NCBI GenBank assembly: GCA_027623815.1
Contig: JAQBUV010000005.1
Span: forward strand, 1 to 60,664
Length of the DNA stretch: 60,664 bases
Direction: 5' to 3'
Origin: Chloroflexota bacterium
GTDB lineage: Bacteria; Chloroflexota; Dehalococcoidia; Lucifugimonadales; UBA3495
A program made the position numbers and the translations under genes. Below are positions 11,245 to 20,948 of the stretch, piece by piece (position 1 is the stretch's first letter; every line of letters begins with the position of its first letter). Under the pieces are notes generated by a model. It saw only the letters and a list, made by a program, of their open reading frames with translations. It made no database searches and had not been told where the DNA came from.

Positions 11245-13176
11245 TCAGCTTGCCGACTGCATCCACCAGACTAGGGCCAGCACGATGGCGCCCAGGGTCA
11301 TGGCCAGCGCATAGCTGTACACGTGGCCGGTTACGTGCAATCGCAGAGTCACTCCCAAGTGCCGAACCAGGTTCGCCGGGCCGTTCACCGCCACATCGTT
11401 AACCACCGCCCGGTCGAAGAAACCAATGAAGGCCGCCAGCGTCAGGACCACGCGGTCAATGACAAACTGGTAAAGCTCGTCGATGTAGTACTTGTTCTCA
11501 GCCAGACTGACCGGCCACGACAAGCGACCGCGGATACTCTCAATCGAAATTGTTTTCCTGGCGTAAATCAGGTAACCCAGGACGAAAGCAATCACCGCCA
11601 GAACCGTGGAAAGGACGCCCAACCAGACCGTAAAGTGAAAGGCCTCCGGTTCCTCAAAGAACAGGAACGTACCGATACCGTCGTAAGGCCCCGGCCAATC
11701 TAGGCTGATTAAGCCAAATCCCAGAGCCAGGATACCCAGCAAGAACATGGTGATCGCCATCGTTGGCGGCGCGTCGTGGACATGCTCATGCTCTGGCCGC
11801 AATTCACCGAAGAACACCGCGAACATCGCCCTCGCCATGTACAGCGCACTCAGGAAAGCCGTTAACAGAGTCAGCACGATAAATACCGGCGGCAGGTGGT
11901 CATTGACCGCTACCAATATTTCGTCCTTGCTCCAGAACCCGGCAAGGATGGGTATCCCGCCCAGGGATAATGCGCCAATGGAGAACAGCAAGGCAGTCAG
12001 AGGCATCACTTTGCGCAAGCCACCCATTTTTCGGATGTCCAGCTCGTCGGTGCTGTGCATCACGCTGCCCGCTCCCAGGAAAAGCAGAGCCTTGGAAAAA
12101 CCGTGGGCCAATAGGTGAAAAATGGCAGCCGTATAGCCAAATGCCCCCAACGATAGCATCATCAATCCCAGATGACTGATGGTGGAAAAGGCTAGAATCC
12201 GTTTCAGGTCGGTGGAAACCAACGCTATGGTTGCAGCCCCCAGGGATGTGATCAGGCCAATGACAGCTACGACCATCAGCGCATCGCCGGAGGCTTCAAA
12301 TATCGGGTAGACCCGGGCCACCAGGTACACACCGGCGGCGACCATCGTGGCCGCGTGGATCAGCGCGCTAACCGGCGTCGGGCCTTCCATCGCATCGGGC
12401 AGCCAGACGTGCAGCGGGAACTGGGCCGACTTGCCCGCGGCTCCGGCGAATAACAGCAATGCCACCACCGTGGCCATCCCCTGGCTGATCACGCCACTGT
12501 GCACCGCCTCAAAAGCGGCGGTCATGCTGAAGCTGCCCACCTCACGCCAGATTAACAAGATGCCAATCAGCAGACCCACGTCGCCAATGCGGGTGACAAT
12601 GAAGGCTTTCTTGGCGGCCTCCCGCGCGGCGGGACGCTCAAACCAGAACCCAATCAACAAATACGAACACAATCCCACCAATTCCCAGGCAACATATAAC
12701 AGCAGGAAGTTATCCGCCAACGCCAGAGTCAGCATCGCCGCGATGAAGAGCGCGTGGAAGGCATAGTACCAACTGAAGCGCGAGTCGCCGTGCATGTATC
12801 CCAGGGAATACACCTGCACCATTAGGGCCACAAAGGTAATCAACCCCAGCATGACCAGGGTCAGCGGGTCAATCAGAATCCCCCAGTTCAGGTGGATTCT
12901 TTCATCGACATCGCTGGACAGGCCGGGCAGGCCAGCCTGGAACCAGGTGCGCTCATATTCGCAGGTCAGGGTGCCGGTATAATCACTGGTAGAGCAACCT
13001 TCTGTGTCTGGGGACGCTCCCAACCACCCTATAAATACGAAGCAAAAGAGGGCGAACCCACCGGCAATAGCCAGAATCGCCAGCGGCGAACCTTTACCCG
13101 GCAGATATTTGCCAAAGAGGATAATCAGCGGCACCGCCGCGAAGCTGAAAACAGGTATTAGCCAGGCCCATTCCAT
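11245..13176 (-). CDS. nuoL: NADH-quinone oxidoreductase subunit L
   Basis: GKSAQFPLHVWLPDAMEGPTPVSALIHAATMV, GFWSKDEIL. Confidence 0.96.
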   Translation of the reverse strand: MEWAWLIPVFSFAAVPLIILFGKYLPGKGSPLAILAIAGGFALFCFVFIGWLGASPDTEGCSTSDYTGTLTCEYERTWFQAGLPGLSSDVDERIHLNWGILIDPLTLVMLGLITFVALMVQVYSLGYMHGDSRFSWYYAFHALFIAAMLTLALADNFLLLYVAWELVGLCSYLLIGFWFERPAAREAAKKAFIVTRIGDVGLLIGILLIWREVGSFSMTAAFEAVHSGVISQGMATVVALLLFAGAAGKSAQFPLHVWLPDAMEGPTPVSALIHAATMVAAGVYLVARVYPIFEASGDALMVVAVIGLITSLGAATIALVSTDLKRILAFSTISHLGLMMLSLGAFGYTAAIFHLLAHGFSKALLFLGAGSVMHSTDELDIRKMGGLRKVMPLTALLFSIGALSLGGIPILAGFWSKDEILVAVNDHLPPVFIVLTLLTAFLSALYMARAMFAVFFGELRPEHEHVHDAPPTMAITMFLLGILALGFGLISLDWPGPYDGIGTFLFFEEPEAFHFTVWLGVLSTVLAVIAFVLGYLIYARKTISIESIRGRLSWPVSLAENKYYIDELYQFVIDRVVLTLAAFIGFFDRAVVNDVAVNGPANLVRHLGVTLRLHVTGHVYSYALAMTLGAIVLALVWWMQSAS

Positions 13177-13230
13177 GCTAGGCTGCTACCTCGATGGGGG
13201 TACCGATACCCACAGATTGACCGTGGGGTT

Positions 13231-13269
13231 CACCTTCGTCCCAACCTTCTCCCACCAAGGTAGGAAGAG
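13231..13269. repeat. Degenerate extragenic palindromic repeat between nuoK and nuoL
   Basis: CACCTTCGTCCCAACCTTCTCCCACCAAGGTAGGAAGAG resembles the widespread CCCTCxCCCxAxCCTCTCCC...GGGAGAGG palindrome class; single copy in the window. Confidence 0.3.
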
Positions 13270-13305
13270 TTAGTTTCAGGCCCTGCAAACTTTCTTGCTT
13301 CACAA

Positions 13306-13626
13306 TTACCATTTCATCAGATTCATTTCGTCCACGTCCACCGTACCGCGGTTTCGGTGCATCCGAAGGATAATAGCTATTGCCAAGCCCAATTCAGCGG
13401 CGGCGATGGTAATGACGAATATAGCGATGATCTGTCCATCAAAATTAACGAAGCCGCCGATACCTTCCAGGTGTGAAGCCGCCGCGATCAGGTTGATGTT
13501 CACCGCGTTGAGCATCAACTCGATGGACATGATAATCAGCACAGCACTGCGCCGGGCCATCACCCCGTAAAGGCCAATCACAAACAGGGCCGCACTCAAT
13601 AGTTGAAAGTAAACCAAGGGTGTCAT
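13306..13626 (-). CDS. nuoK: NADH-quinone oxidoreductase subunit K
   Basis: MSIELMLNAVNINL, IAAAELGLAIAI. Confidence 0.95.
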   Translation of the reverse strand: MTPLVYFQLLSAALFVIGLYGVMARRSAVLIIMSIELMLNAVNINLIAAASHLEGIGGFVNFDGQIIAIFVITIAAAELGLAIAIILRMHRNRGTVDVDEMNLMKW

Positions 13627-13628
13627 TG

Positions 13629-14117
13629 TTAGCCCTCCCCTCCGTTGCCGGTGCGCGCGATTATAATCGCCCCAATCAGGGCCACCAGCAAAACTAACGA
13701 CGCGACTTCAAAGGGTATGGCCCACCGAGTGAAAAGCGAGTTGGCCAGTTCCGTGAATTCTGGGCTTTGCGCGGTGGTGCCCGTCGGCGGATTAGTCCAG
13801 AAAGCTGTTCCCAACACCACACCCAGGGCCAGGGCCGCTACCGCCGCCAAAGGCCACTGTCGGTTGTCAGAAATGCGGGGGTACTCCGAGGTGCGGGTCA
13901 ACATGATGGCGAACACCAGCACGATGATTATTGCCCCACCGTAAATCAGCACCTGCACCAACGCCAGGAACTCGGTGAATAGAATCAGGTATATGCCAGC
14001 GACCGATACCAGGGATATCAACAGGAAAAGCGCGGCGTGAACCACGTTTCGGGTTAGCACCACCCCCAGTCCGCCGAGCAACGTCGACGCCGCCAGCACT
14101 ACGAAAAGCCAGGTCAT
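13629..14117 (-). CDS. nuoJ: NADH-quinone oxidoreductase subunit J
   Basis: RNVVHAALFL, QVLIYGGAI, PFEVASLVLLVALIGAI. Confidence 0.95.
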   Translation of the reverse strand: MTWLFVVLAASTLLGGLGVVLTRNVVHAALFLLISLVSVAGIYLILFTEFLALVQVLIYGGAIIIVLVFAIMLTRTSEYPRISDNRQWPLAAVAALALGVVLGTAFWTNPPTGTTAQSPEFTELANSLFTRWAIPFEVASLVLLVALIGAIIIARTGNGGEG

Positions 14118-14269
14118 ACTTGGGCTACCTCGTCCCGTTGGACAGCGGGTGAGTCGGCATAGCCGCGGTTGACCGGGATATTCACCGAATAAAGAGCCGC
14201 TTTGGCGGCGGCTCCAAAATGCTCAAATTGACAAATTTCACGCAGGATATAGTTCAACGACCGAAACCC

Positions 14270-14551
14270 TTACTTTTTTCCCAATAGTTTGCCGACAAAT
14301 CCGGGCTTACGGCCAGCGGTTGCCGGCAAATCCCCCACCGACCTCAGCAAGCTACAAGTTGCACAGGCGCAATCTTTAGGATGGGGTTTAACCTTTTCGC
14401 CACCAGATTTTCCGAACCACCGCTGCCAGACGCCCTGGCCACCCTTGGAGGTCTTCCGCTTCAAGAACCTATCGGTGCACGCGGTGCAGGTGCAGTATGC
14501 CGCATGCTTCCCAGAAAGCCTTAGCTGGCGTTCGTCTTCTCTCTTCGGCAT
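14270..14551 (-). CDS. Small basic Cys/His-rich protein with a duplicated HxxxCxCxxC module, inside the nuo operon
   Basis: 93 aa; HAAYCTCTAC and HPKDCACATC; ATG 10 nt after the nuoI stop on the same strand. Confidence 0.75.
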   Translation of the reverse strand: MPKREDERQLRLSGKHAAYCTCTACTDRFLKRKTSKGGQGVWQRWFGKSGGEKVKPHPKDCACATCSLLRSVGDLPATAGRKPGFVGKLLGKK

Positions 14552-14561
14552 ATTATTGGGC

Positions 14562-15158
14562 TTAATCCGACTCTGCTTTATCTTCAGCTACCGCAGGTTC
14601 AGCTACGACGGCTTCAGTCACCACGGCGCCTGCCGGTTCTTGTCCTGCTTGAGCCGCATCCTCAGCGTCTTTCTTCTGCTTGGCCAACACCGTGGGCGGT
14701 ATCCAGCCGGTTTTCTCCTGATATTTGCGCCCAACCTGCAACAGAGCGGGCAAATCGACCCGGTCGCCGTTGCGCTGATATGTGCTCATCTCATGCTCGT
14801 GGCTCATCACGATGGCATCGAAATTGCAAACTTCGACACAAATTCCACACAGTATACACCTGTTGAGGTTAATCTCGAAGAAGTCGATAATTTTCCGGCG
14901 GGAGCTTGTTCCTTCCGCCTGAGCTGGGTTGTCCTTCATTGTTGCCGACATACACTGGGTGGGACAGTTACGGATGCAGACCATGCAGCCAGTGCAAAAA
15001 GGCTCCGGCACCTTATCGTCCCAAGTCAACGCCGGAAATCCCATGAACCGGGGCTTGACCGGCGTCGGCACCGTCGGGTATTGCTGAGTTATCGGCTTGC
15101 GCAGACCTTTAACGGTAGAGGCCAGGGTGATCATTAAACCCTTGACGCTATTTAACAC
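14562..15158 (-). CDS. nuoI: NADH-quinone oxidoreductase subunit I
   Basis: Two CxxCxxCxxxC ferredoxin motifs. Start moved from 15203 to GTG 15158, which follows GAGGAGG and overlaps the nuoH end. Confidence 0.93.
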   Translation of the reverse strand: MLNSVKGLMITLASTVKGLRKPITQQYPTVPTPVKPRFMGFPALTWDDKVPEPFCTGCMVCIRNCPTQCMSATMKDNPAQAEGTSSRRKIIDFFEINLNRCILCGICVEVCNFDAIVMSHEHEMSTYQRNGDRVDLPALLQVGRKYQEKTGWIPPTVLAKQKKDAEDAAQAGQEPAGAVVTEAVVAEPAVAEDKAESD

Positions 15159-16326
15159 TGGCCAAACCTCCTCGGGAACGATTAGCCGCCCGACGCTGGG
15201 CACTTTGCTGCTCCTGCCGGGCCTTGACCACCGCTACCCGCTTGCCGGGCGCGCTCACCCGCCGGTATAGCAGATATCCAACCACCCCAAGACCCGCCAG
15301 GGACATCAAGGTCAGAGTCCAGGCTGGCCAGTCGTAGAACAGGTAGACAGCAGTGATTACTATGGTGTAGAACGCCAACGGCACCATGACCTTCCAGGCG
15401 AAGGCCATTAGCTGGTCAATGCGCAGTCGGGGAAAGGTGCCCCTAATCCAGAAAACCACCAGCACCAGGGCGAACACCTTGATCAGCAACCAGACCACCC
15501 CAGGCAGGAACGGCCCCAGCCAGCCGCCCAGGAACAACAACGATGCCAGCGTTGCTATGGCAAAGGTGTTGATGTATTCGGCCAAGAAGAACACCGCCCA
15601 GTGCGCGCCACTGTACTCCACGAAGGGGCCACCAACAACCTCGGATTCGGCGTGATAAATGTCGAAGGGAGTCCGTCCCACTTCGGCCAGTCCGGCGATG
15701 AAGAAGATCACCAGACCCAGCGGCAACACCGCCACGTAAAGCACCGGATTCTGGCTAGCGACAATGACCCGCAAGTCCAACGACTGGGCCAGCATTGCCA
15801 CCGCCACGACTACCAGAATTACCGGAATTTCATAGCTGATTAATTGGGCCGCCGAGCGCAGGCCGCCCAGCACGCCGTATTTGTTGGCGGAACCCCAACC
15901 GGCCAAGACCAGACCCAGGATTCCCACCACCGCAAAAGCGGTTATGTAGAACAGTCCCAACTCCAGGTTCTTGACCACTAAGCCCTGACTGGTCGGGCTG
16001 CCTGGACTAGCGGGAATCGTCACCCAGATCATAAACGCCGAGACTACAACAATTACCGGCGCCACCCAGAAGATGGCCTTGTCCGACGCCGACGGCAAAA
16101 TATCCTCTTTAATCACCAGCTTCAGCGCATCAGCAATTGGCTGCATCAGGCCCATTGGCCCGGTGCGAGTAGGCCCCAACCGACGCTGCAATCGGCCCAG
16201 CGCTTTGCGTTCCAGCCAGGTCAGAATCAGCACTACTACCGACAACACGACGAACAGAGAAAGCAAACTGGCCAGAATCCAACCTACCTCGATCAGGCTA
16301 ACGGCCAGCACAATAGAGGCAAACAC
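15148..16326 (-). CDS. nuoH: NADH-quinone oxidoreductase subunit H
   Basis: ERKALGRLQRRLGP, QPIADALKL..KED, AQLISYE, RTPFD..AESE, PRLRIDQL. Confidence 0.96.
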   Translation of the reverse strand: MFASIVLAVSLIEVGWILASLLSLFVVLSVVVLILTWLERKALGRLQRRLGPTRTGPMGLMQPIADALKLVIKEDILPSASDKAIFWVAPVIVVVSAFMIWVTIPASPGSPTSQGLVVKNLELGLFYITAFAVVGILGLVLAGWGSANKYGVLGGLRSAAQLISYEIPVILVVVAVAMLAQSLDLRVIVASQNPVLYVAVLPLGLVIFFIAGLAEVGRTPFDIYHAESEVVGGPFVEYSGAHWAVFFLAEYINTFAIATLASLLFLGGWLGPFLPGVVWLLIKVFALVLVVFWIRGTFPRLRIDQLMAFAWKVMVPLAFYTIVITAVYLFYDWPAWTLTLMSLAGLGVVGYLLYRRVSAPGKRVAVVKARQEQQSAQRRAANRSRGGLASVK

Positions 16327-17456
16327 TAGCGGTCCACCTCGCCCAGCACAATGTCCAGTGAGCCGAGAATCACCACCGAGTCGGCCACCCAGGCATCTTT
16401 CAGCAGCCGTTTCAGGGCCGACAAATTACAAAAGGAGGGAGGGCGCACTTTCAGACGATAGGGCTTGTCGGTGCCCTGACTGACCAGGTATACGCCAATC
16501 TCACCGCGAGGGTTCTCCGCCCGCACGTACACTTCTCCGGCAGGAGGCCGGATTAAACGCCGACCCAGCGAAGAAGTAACCGGCCCCTCGGGCATTTGCT
16601 CCAGGGCCTGCTCGATGATGTGCATCGACTGGTACATCTCCTGCACCCGAACCCAATGCCGATCCCAGCAGTCGCCGTCCAGACCCACCGGCACCTCGAA
16701 GTCGAACCGGTCGTAAACCGAATAGGGCTCGGCCTTGCGCACATCGTACTCATAACCACAGCCGCGCAGACACGGGCCGGTCAGACCGTAGTCAATGGCT
16801 TCCTCGGCGGAAATTACGCCCACGTCCTTGGTTCTGGAGATGAAAATCTCGTTGAAGGTGATGATCTTGTCGCTTTCTTCAATATCTTCGGCCAGTAGAG
16901 GCAGCAACTCCCGAATCATCTGCTCAAAGTTGTCGGGCAAGTCTTCTTTCAGCCCACCGATGCGGAAGTAATTGTGCATCATCCGCGCTCCGGACACTGC
17001 CTCGAACAGGGCTTGGACCCGCTCGCGGCCCCGGAAGGCAAACATGGTGGGAGTCATTGCCCCGGCATCAAGACCAATGGTACCGACGTAGAGCAGATGA
17101 CTGGCGATGCGGTTTAGCTCGCACAAAATCACCCGTACATACTCGGCCCGTTCGGGGACGGTTAAGCCCATCAGCTTTTCGACTGCCTGGCAATAGACCA
17201 ACTCATTATTGAAGTTGGCGACGTAATCCAAGCGGTCGAATAATGTAATTATCTGGTGGTACTGCTCGCCTTCGCAGATTTTCTCGGAGCCACGGTGGAG
17301 ATACCCAATGTGCGGCTCCACACCCAGGATTTTCTCCCCATCAATCCACAGCACCATGCGGAACACGCCGTGGGTGGACGGATGCTGCGGCCCCATGTTG
17401 AGGAGCAGTTCCACCGACTGGCCGTCGGGGTGTATTGTGCTGCTAACTTCTACCAT
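16326..17456 (-). CDS. nuoD: NADH-quinone oxidoreductase subunit D
   Basis: NMGPQHPSTHGVFR, IGYLHRG.EK, DRLDY, C-terminal DIVLGEVDR; no NiFe CxxC motifs. Confidence 0.96.
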   Translation of the reverse strand: MVEVSSTIHPDGQSVELLLNMGPQHPSTHGVFRMVLWIDGEKILGVEPHIGYLHRGSEKICEGEQYHQIITLFDRLDYVANFNNELVYCQAVEKLMGLTVPERAEYVRVILCELNRIASHLLYVGTIGLDAGAMTPTMFAFRGRERVQALFEAVSGARMMHNYFRIGGLKEDLPDNFEQMIRELLPLLAEDIEESDKIITFNEIFISRTKDVGVISAEEAIDYGLTGPCLRGCGYEYDVRKAEPYSVYDRFDFEVPVGLDGDCWDRHWVRVQEMYQSMHIIEQALEQMPEGPVTSSLGRRLIRPPAGEVYVRAENPRGEIGVYLVSQGTDKPYRLKVRPPSFCNLSALKRLLKDAWVADSVVILGSLDIVLGEVDR

Positions 17457-17508
17457 ATCGCCAAGGCAATTGCCTGCAGAGTCATTCCAAAACCTAAATG
17501 CCTGAAAC

Positions 17509-17778
17509 CTAAATAATCGTGATCTTGGGTTCTTTGGGCGGTACCACCTGGCTGCTCATCCAGACTTCATCGTTGTCGTAAAAACCGGCCTCAATCAAGA
17601 CCTCGTCCAAGATTCCCATCTCCTCGCAATCTTCCAGGTAGATGGATATTTCCCGGCGCAAAGTGTCTTTGGCCTCTTCCGGGGTGTCACCAAAACCGGT
17701 CATCACCAATTCCGGGCAGTAAGCCTGGTACGACTTGCCCAATTTGGTTTCTTCTATTTGATATATGATTCGATCCAT
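17509..17778 (-). CDS. HicB-like (partial RNase H fold) acidic small protein
   Basis: YQAYCPEL...GFGDTPEEAKDTLRREI matches the HicB N-terminal pattern; no DNA-binding C-terminal domain. Confidence 0.7.
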   Translation of the reverse strand: MDRIIYQIEETKLGKSYQAYCPELVMTGFGDTPEEAKDTLRREISIYLEDCEEMGILDEVLIEAGFYDNDEVWMSSQVVPPKEPKITII

Positions 17779-17806
17779 TTATTTGTTGGTACCCAAGTTA
17801 TTTATT

Positions 17807-18064
17807 TTACTCAAGCGCTGAGCCGGTGAACTCTAGCTGTATTTCGGTATCCTCGTCAACTCCGGGAAAGCCCGCGTCGTCCAGAGCCTGTTCCAAAGTT
17901 TCGGCGGCCTCGTGTATCTCGATCCAACCCCTTAAATTGCTAACCAATTCATCCTGGGCTTGTTCAATCGATTCACCAGAACCTTCCAGTTCAAGCCCTT
18001 CCAGTATCGCCATATACCCTTCGTCTTCTGGAATAACTTGAGCCTTTAATACTAGTTGCTCCAA
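17807..18064 (-). CDS. HicB-like acidic small protein (probable paralog of 17509-17778)
   Basis: EDEGYMAILEGL...GSGESIEQAQDEL; shares the LxxxLxxAGF motif with its neighbour. Confidence 0.65.
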   Translation of the reverse strand: MEQLVLKAQVIPEDEGYMAILEGLELEGSGESIEQAQDELVSNLRGWIEIHEAAETLEQALDDAGFPGVDEDTEIQLEFTGSALE

Positions 18065-18070
18065 CTAGTC

Positions 18071-18592
18071 CTAAAACTCCTCATAATCGTTAAGCGGGTA
18101 CTCCTTGCGTCCAGGATACCCTTCAAATTCCTCGTAGAGCAACAGGGGAGCAAGGTCGGGATGCCCATCGAAATCCACCCCAAACAGGTCGTGGGCCTCT
18201 CGCTCGTACCAATCAGCGGCTTGCCACACCGAGGTCACCGACGGCAAACTTGGGTTTTCATAGGGGACATCAGTCTTGATCACCAGCGTCTGCTCATGGG
18301 TCAGGGATTGCAAGAAGTAGACCAGCTGGAAGTACTTTTCGTAGTCCACGCAGGCAAGGCAAAGCAAGAGTTTGAAATCCAGCCGAGGATCATCCTTGGC
18401 GGTCTGACAAAGACTGGCGATACTGCCGGAATCCACCTTCAACTGCGGCAAGTCTTTCAAGACACCAGGTTGAGGGTGGAACTGCTGGAATACGTCCTCC
18501 ACCAGCGCCAACAGTTCGCGGCGGGACTGACTTAGCTGGTCGAAATCGGGCGGGGACTCCTCGGGCGGGCCCTGGTTATGGTGTTGGGCCAC
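18071..18592 (-). CDS. nuoC: NADH-quinone oxidoreductase subunit C
   Basis: [31 protein letters not shown]...GYPGRKEYP. Confidence 0.95.
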   Translation of the reverse strand: MAQHHNQGPPEESPPDFDQLSQSRRELLALVEDVFQQFHPQPGVLKDLPQLKVDSGSIASLCQTAKDDPRLDFKLLLCLACVDYEKYFQLVYFLQSLTHEQTLVIKTDVPYENPSLPSVTSVWQAADWYEREAHDLFGVDFDGHPDLAPLLLYEEFEGYPGRKEYPLNDYEEF

Positions 18593-19112
18593 TGCTCTTG
18601 GCGTCCTGCATAATTTTCTCTTGAAGCTTCAAAATCCCATACAGCAGGGCTTCTGGCCGAGGCGGGCAGCCCGGGACGTACACATCCACCGGGATAATGT
18701 GGTCAACGCCCATCACCACCGAGTAGGAGCGATAGTAAGGCCCGCCGTTGGTGGCGCAACTACCCATGGCGATTACCCACTTGGGTTCAGGCATTTGCTC
18801 GTACAGCAAGCGAATGGGTTCGGCCATTTTCTTGACTACCGTGCCGGCCACTATCATAACGTCGGACTGACGGGGCGACGGCCAGGTCACCACGCCAAAC
18901 CGGTCAAAGTCATGGTGGGCCATGTAGGTGGATATCATTTCAATGGCGCAACAAGCGAGTCCAAAACTCAACGTCCAGAGAGAAGACTTACGCGCCATTC
19001 CGAAAAGCTGGTCTTTGGTAGTGGTTATCACGCCGGGGACTCTGCCAGTGATGGCTTGGTCCAACAAGCTGGGTGCTGGCCGATTCCCCTGACCCAGAAT
19101 TATTTCTGCCAT
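18576..19112 (-). CDS. nuoB: NADH-quinone oxidoreductase subunit B
   Basis: [35 protein letters not shown]. Confidence 0.97.
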   Translation of the reverse strand: MAEIILGQGNRPAPSLLDQAITGRVPGVITTTKDQLFGMARKSSLWTLSFGLACCAIEMISTYMAHHDFDRFGVVTWPSPRQSDVMIVAGTVVKKMAEPIRLLYEQMPEPKWVIAMGSCATNGGPYYRSYSVVMGVDHIIPVDVYVPGCPPRPEALLYGILKLQEKIMQDAKSSGPTP

Positions 19113-19519
19113 TCAAGGACTCCCTTTCTCCAGCCGTAGATGATAGCGAAGAACAACACGCCCAGGAATAGCATCATGGCGTAGAAAGGCACGGAGTTAC
19201 CCAGGTCTCTCTGCTCCAAGAAGATGACCGCCCACGGGAACAAGAAGACGGCTTCGACATCAAAGATCAAGAAAAGAATGGCGAAGATGTAGAACCGGAT
19301 GTTGATATTGGACCATGCAAACGGTGTTGCCGGGATGCCGCACTCGTAGGTGGTGAGTTTGACGTCCGAGTGCCGACGTGAAGATAGCATTCTTGAGGCG
19401 GCAAACATGCCACCGATAGCCAGCACGCCCACCACGGCGGAAAGCGCAACCGCAGTCCAGTTACTGGCGAAAACGTTGGGGTCGAAGGCTTGTAATGTCA
19501 CGCCGATTGGTGGCGTCAT
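19100..19519 (-). CDS. nuoA: NADH-quinone oxidoreductase subunit A
   Basis: [30 protein letters not shown]. Confidence 0.96.
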   Translation of the reverse strand: MTPPIGVTLQAFDPNVFASNWTAVALSAVVGVLAIGGMFAASRMLSSRRHSDVKLTTYECGIPATPFAWSNINIRFYIFAILFLIFDVEAVFLFPWAVIFLEQRDLGNSVPFYAMMLFLGVLFFAIIYGWRKGVLEWQK

Positions 19520-19573
19520 ACTCTAAATTCGTAAATGTGTAATTTCATAATTTGCAGGGAGTGATTTGCCGCA

Positions 19574-19603
19574 ATCTTAACATCGGGCCGAATCTAGTGT
19601 CAA
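19574..19603 (-). promoter_or_regulatory. Sigma70-type promoter of the nuo operon
   Basis: Minus strand TTGACA (19603-19598), 18-nt spacer, TGt-TAAGAT (19579-19574), about 55 nt upstream of nuoA. Confidence 0.6.
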
Positions 19604-19770
19604 CGTGAGTTGAACGTAGTTCCTGGGCGTCTTTGTTTGATCGGTTCGGGAGAGTAGAGGAGCGCACTGGAGTTTGCTCCTGGTCAAACACACAGGTCTA
19701 CCCCTACATAAGGAATGTGTGGCTCCATGAGAAATAAATGATACTGGTCTAAGTCCGCTAGCACCCAAGG

Positions 19771-20928
19771 CTAACTCTGAGCGCGCAATTCGGTCGAGGA
19801 AATATCCACCCGGAAACTGGATTCGGGAATGGCCTGGAACATCGGATGGAAGCCCTGCGGAATCGGCACATCCGCCAGCCCCATGAATCTGCCGTGGTCC
19901 TGCCGCCCCGCAACCAGGAATCGGCAGCCACCGGCCCACATCTCGGCCAGCGCGGTAAGCATATCAACCTCGCTGCCGCCATAGTACCGGGGGTCAACCA
20001 ATCGCACCGCCGTGTCCCAGCCAACGACAAATGTCGACCCGGGAAACAGTTGCGACTTCTTGTAAAATGTTTCCGCCCGGGTCAATACCACCTTTCCCTG
20101 GCCCTGAAACTGGCCTACCCGTCTCAGGATTTCTGCTTCTTCCAGCGCCGGCTTGTCAACGTTGATCACTGAGATTTCAAAGACAACCTCAGCGTTGAGC
20201 ATCTCCGACACTACTCGGGCCAGAGTCTGGTGACCGCGGTGCAGCGGGCTGAAGGAGCCCGGGAAAATAATAGCACGGTTGCTCTTACCGTCCCTTCTAA
20301 CGAGGCTTTCTTCGGAGACCATTCTGCCATCGGGATAAACCGTCAGGTGACCAATATCCCCAGAAATTAGCCGCTGAATCGGGGGTGGGTGAGCAATGAT
20401 GTCCTTCTGGGGATGTTCCTTGCTGGTCAACCCTATCGGGAGGTCTGCCTCAATGCCATAGGACTGGGCCAACGCCAGCAACAATAACCGGCTCACCAAC
20501 TCCTCTTCCCCGTCCCGCCCACGGGCGCCTTTTTCCAGTACCAGTTCGTATTGCAGCAGCCGGTTCTCATCCCAGGTTGCGATGAAACACCGATGGTCAC
20601 CGCGCTTGGTGCGGTCGGTGGCGATAGTAGCGGTACAGGCGACACCCACCACCGGAGAGTCGTCCTCGCGCAGTTGCACCCCCCGACGGTAGGCTGCTTT
20701 TGCCATATCCCGCGCCGTCTGAGACGACACATACTGCTCCGGTTCGACGCCCAAAAAATCAATCAGGGACAGGCGTCCGTAAGGCACTAGCGTTTCCAGA
20801 ATCGTTCGGGACGCGCCAGACACCCCCAAAAGCCAGGCAATTGCATGACTGCCCGCACCCGCCACCACAATAACTGACTTGTGGGGAGTCGCGTGAATTT
20901 TTTCGATCAGGGAATTAAGCTCATTCAC
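19771..20928 (-). CDS. CinA-C/PncC-like domain fused to an HxGH nucleotidyltransferase (NMN adenylyltransferase-like)
   Basis: N-half GAGSHAIAWLLGVSGASRT...TARDMA; C-half PGSFSPLHRGH, VGWDT, DISSTELR. Confidence 0.7.
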   Translation of the reverse strand: MNELNSLIEKIHATPHKSVIVVAGAGSHAIAWLLGVSGASRTILETLVPYGRLSLIDFLGVEPEQYVSSQTARDMAKAAYRRGVQLREDDSPVVGVACTATIATDRTKRGDHRCFIATWDENRLLQYELVLEKGARGRDGEEELVSRLLLLALAQSYGIEADLPIGLTSKEHPQKDIIAHPPPIQRLISGDIGHLTVYPDGRMVSEESLVRRDGKSNRAIIFPGSFSPLHRGHQTLARVVSEMLNAEVVFEISVINVDKPALEEAEILRRVGQFQGQGKVVLTRAETFYKKSQLFPGSTFVVGWDTAVRLVDPRYYGGSEVDMLTALAEMWAGGCRFLVAGRQDHGRFMGLADVPIPQGFHPMFQAIPESSFRVDISSTELRAQS

Positions 20929-20948
20929 AGGAGGTCACGCATACTAAA

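Noticed and set aside
17509-18064. Complete HicAB toxin-antitoxin module
   Set aside because: Both ORFs are acidic and HicB-like; no basic HicA ORF with a GSH motif is adjacent
16326-19112. Group 4 NiFe hydrogenase instead of complex I
   Set aside because: The large subunit lacks both Ni-binding CxxC motifs and carries NuoD quinone-site motifs
19612-19623. LexA box upstream of nuoA
   Set aside because: GAAC-GTA-GTTC has 3-nt spacing instead of the 4 nt of the GAAC-N4-GTTC box
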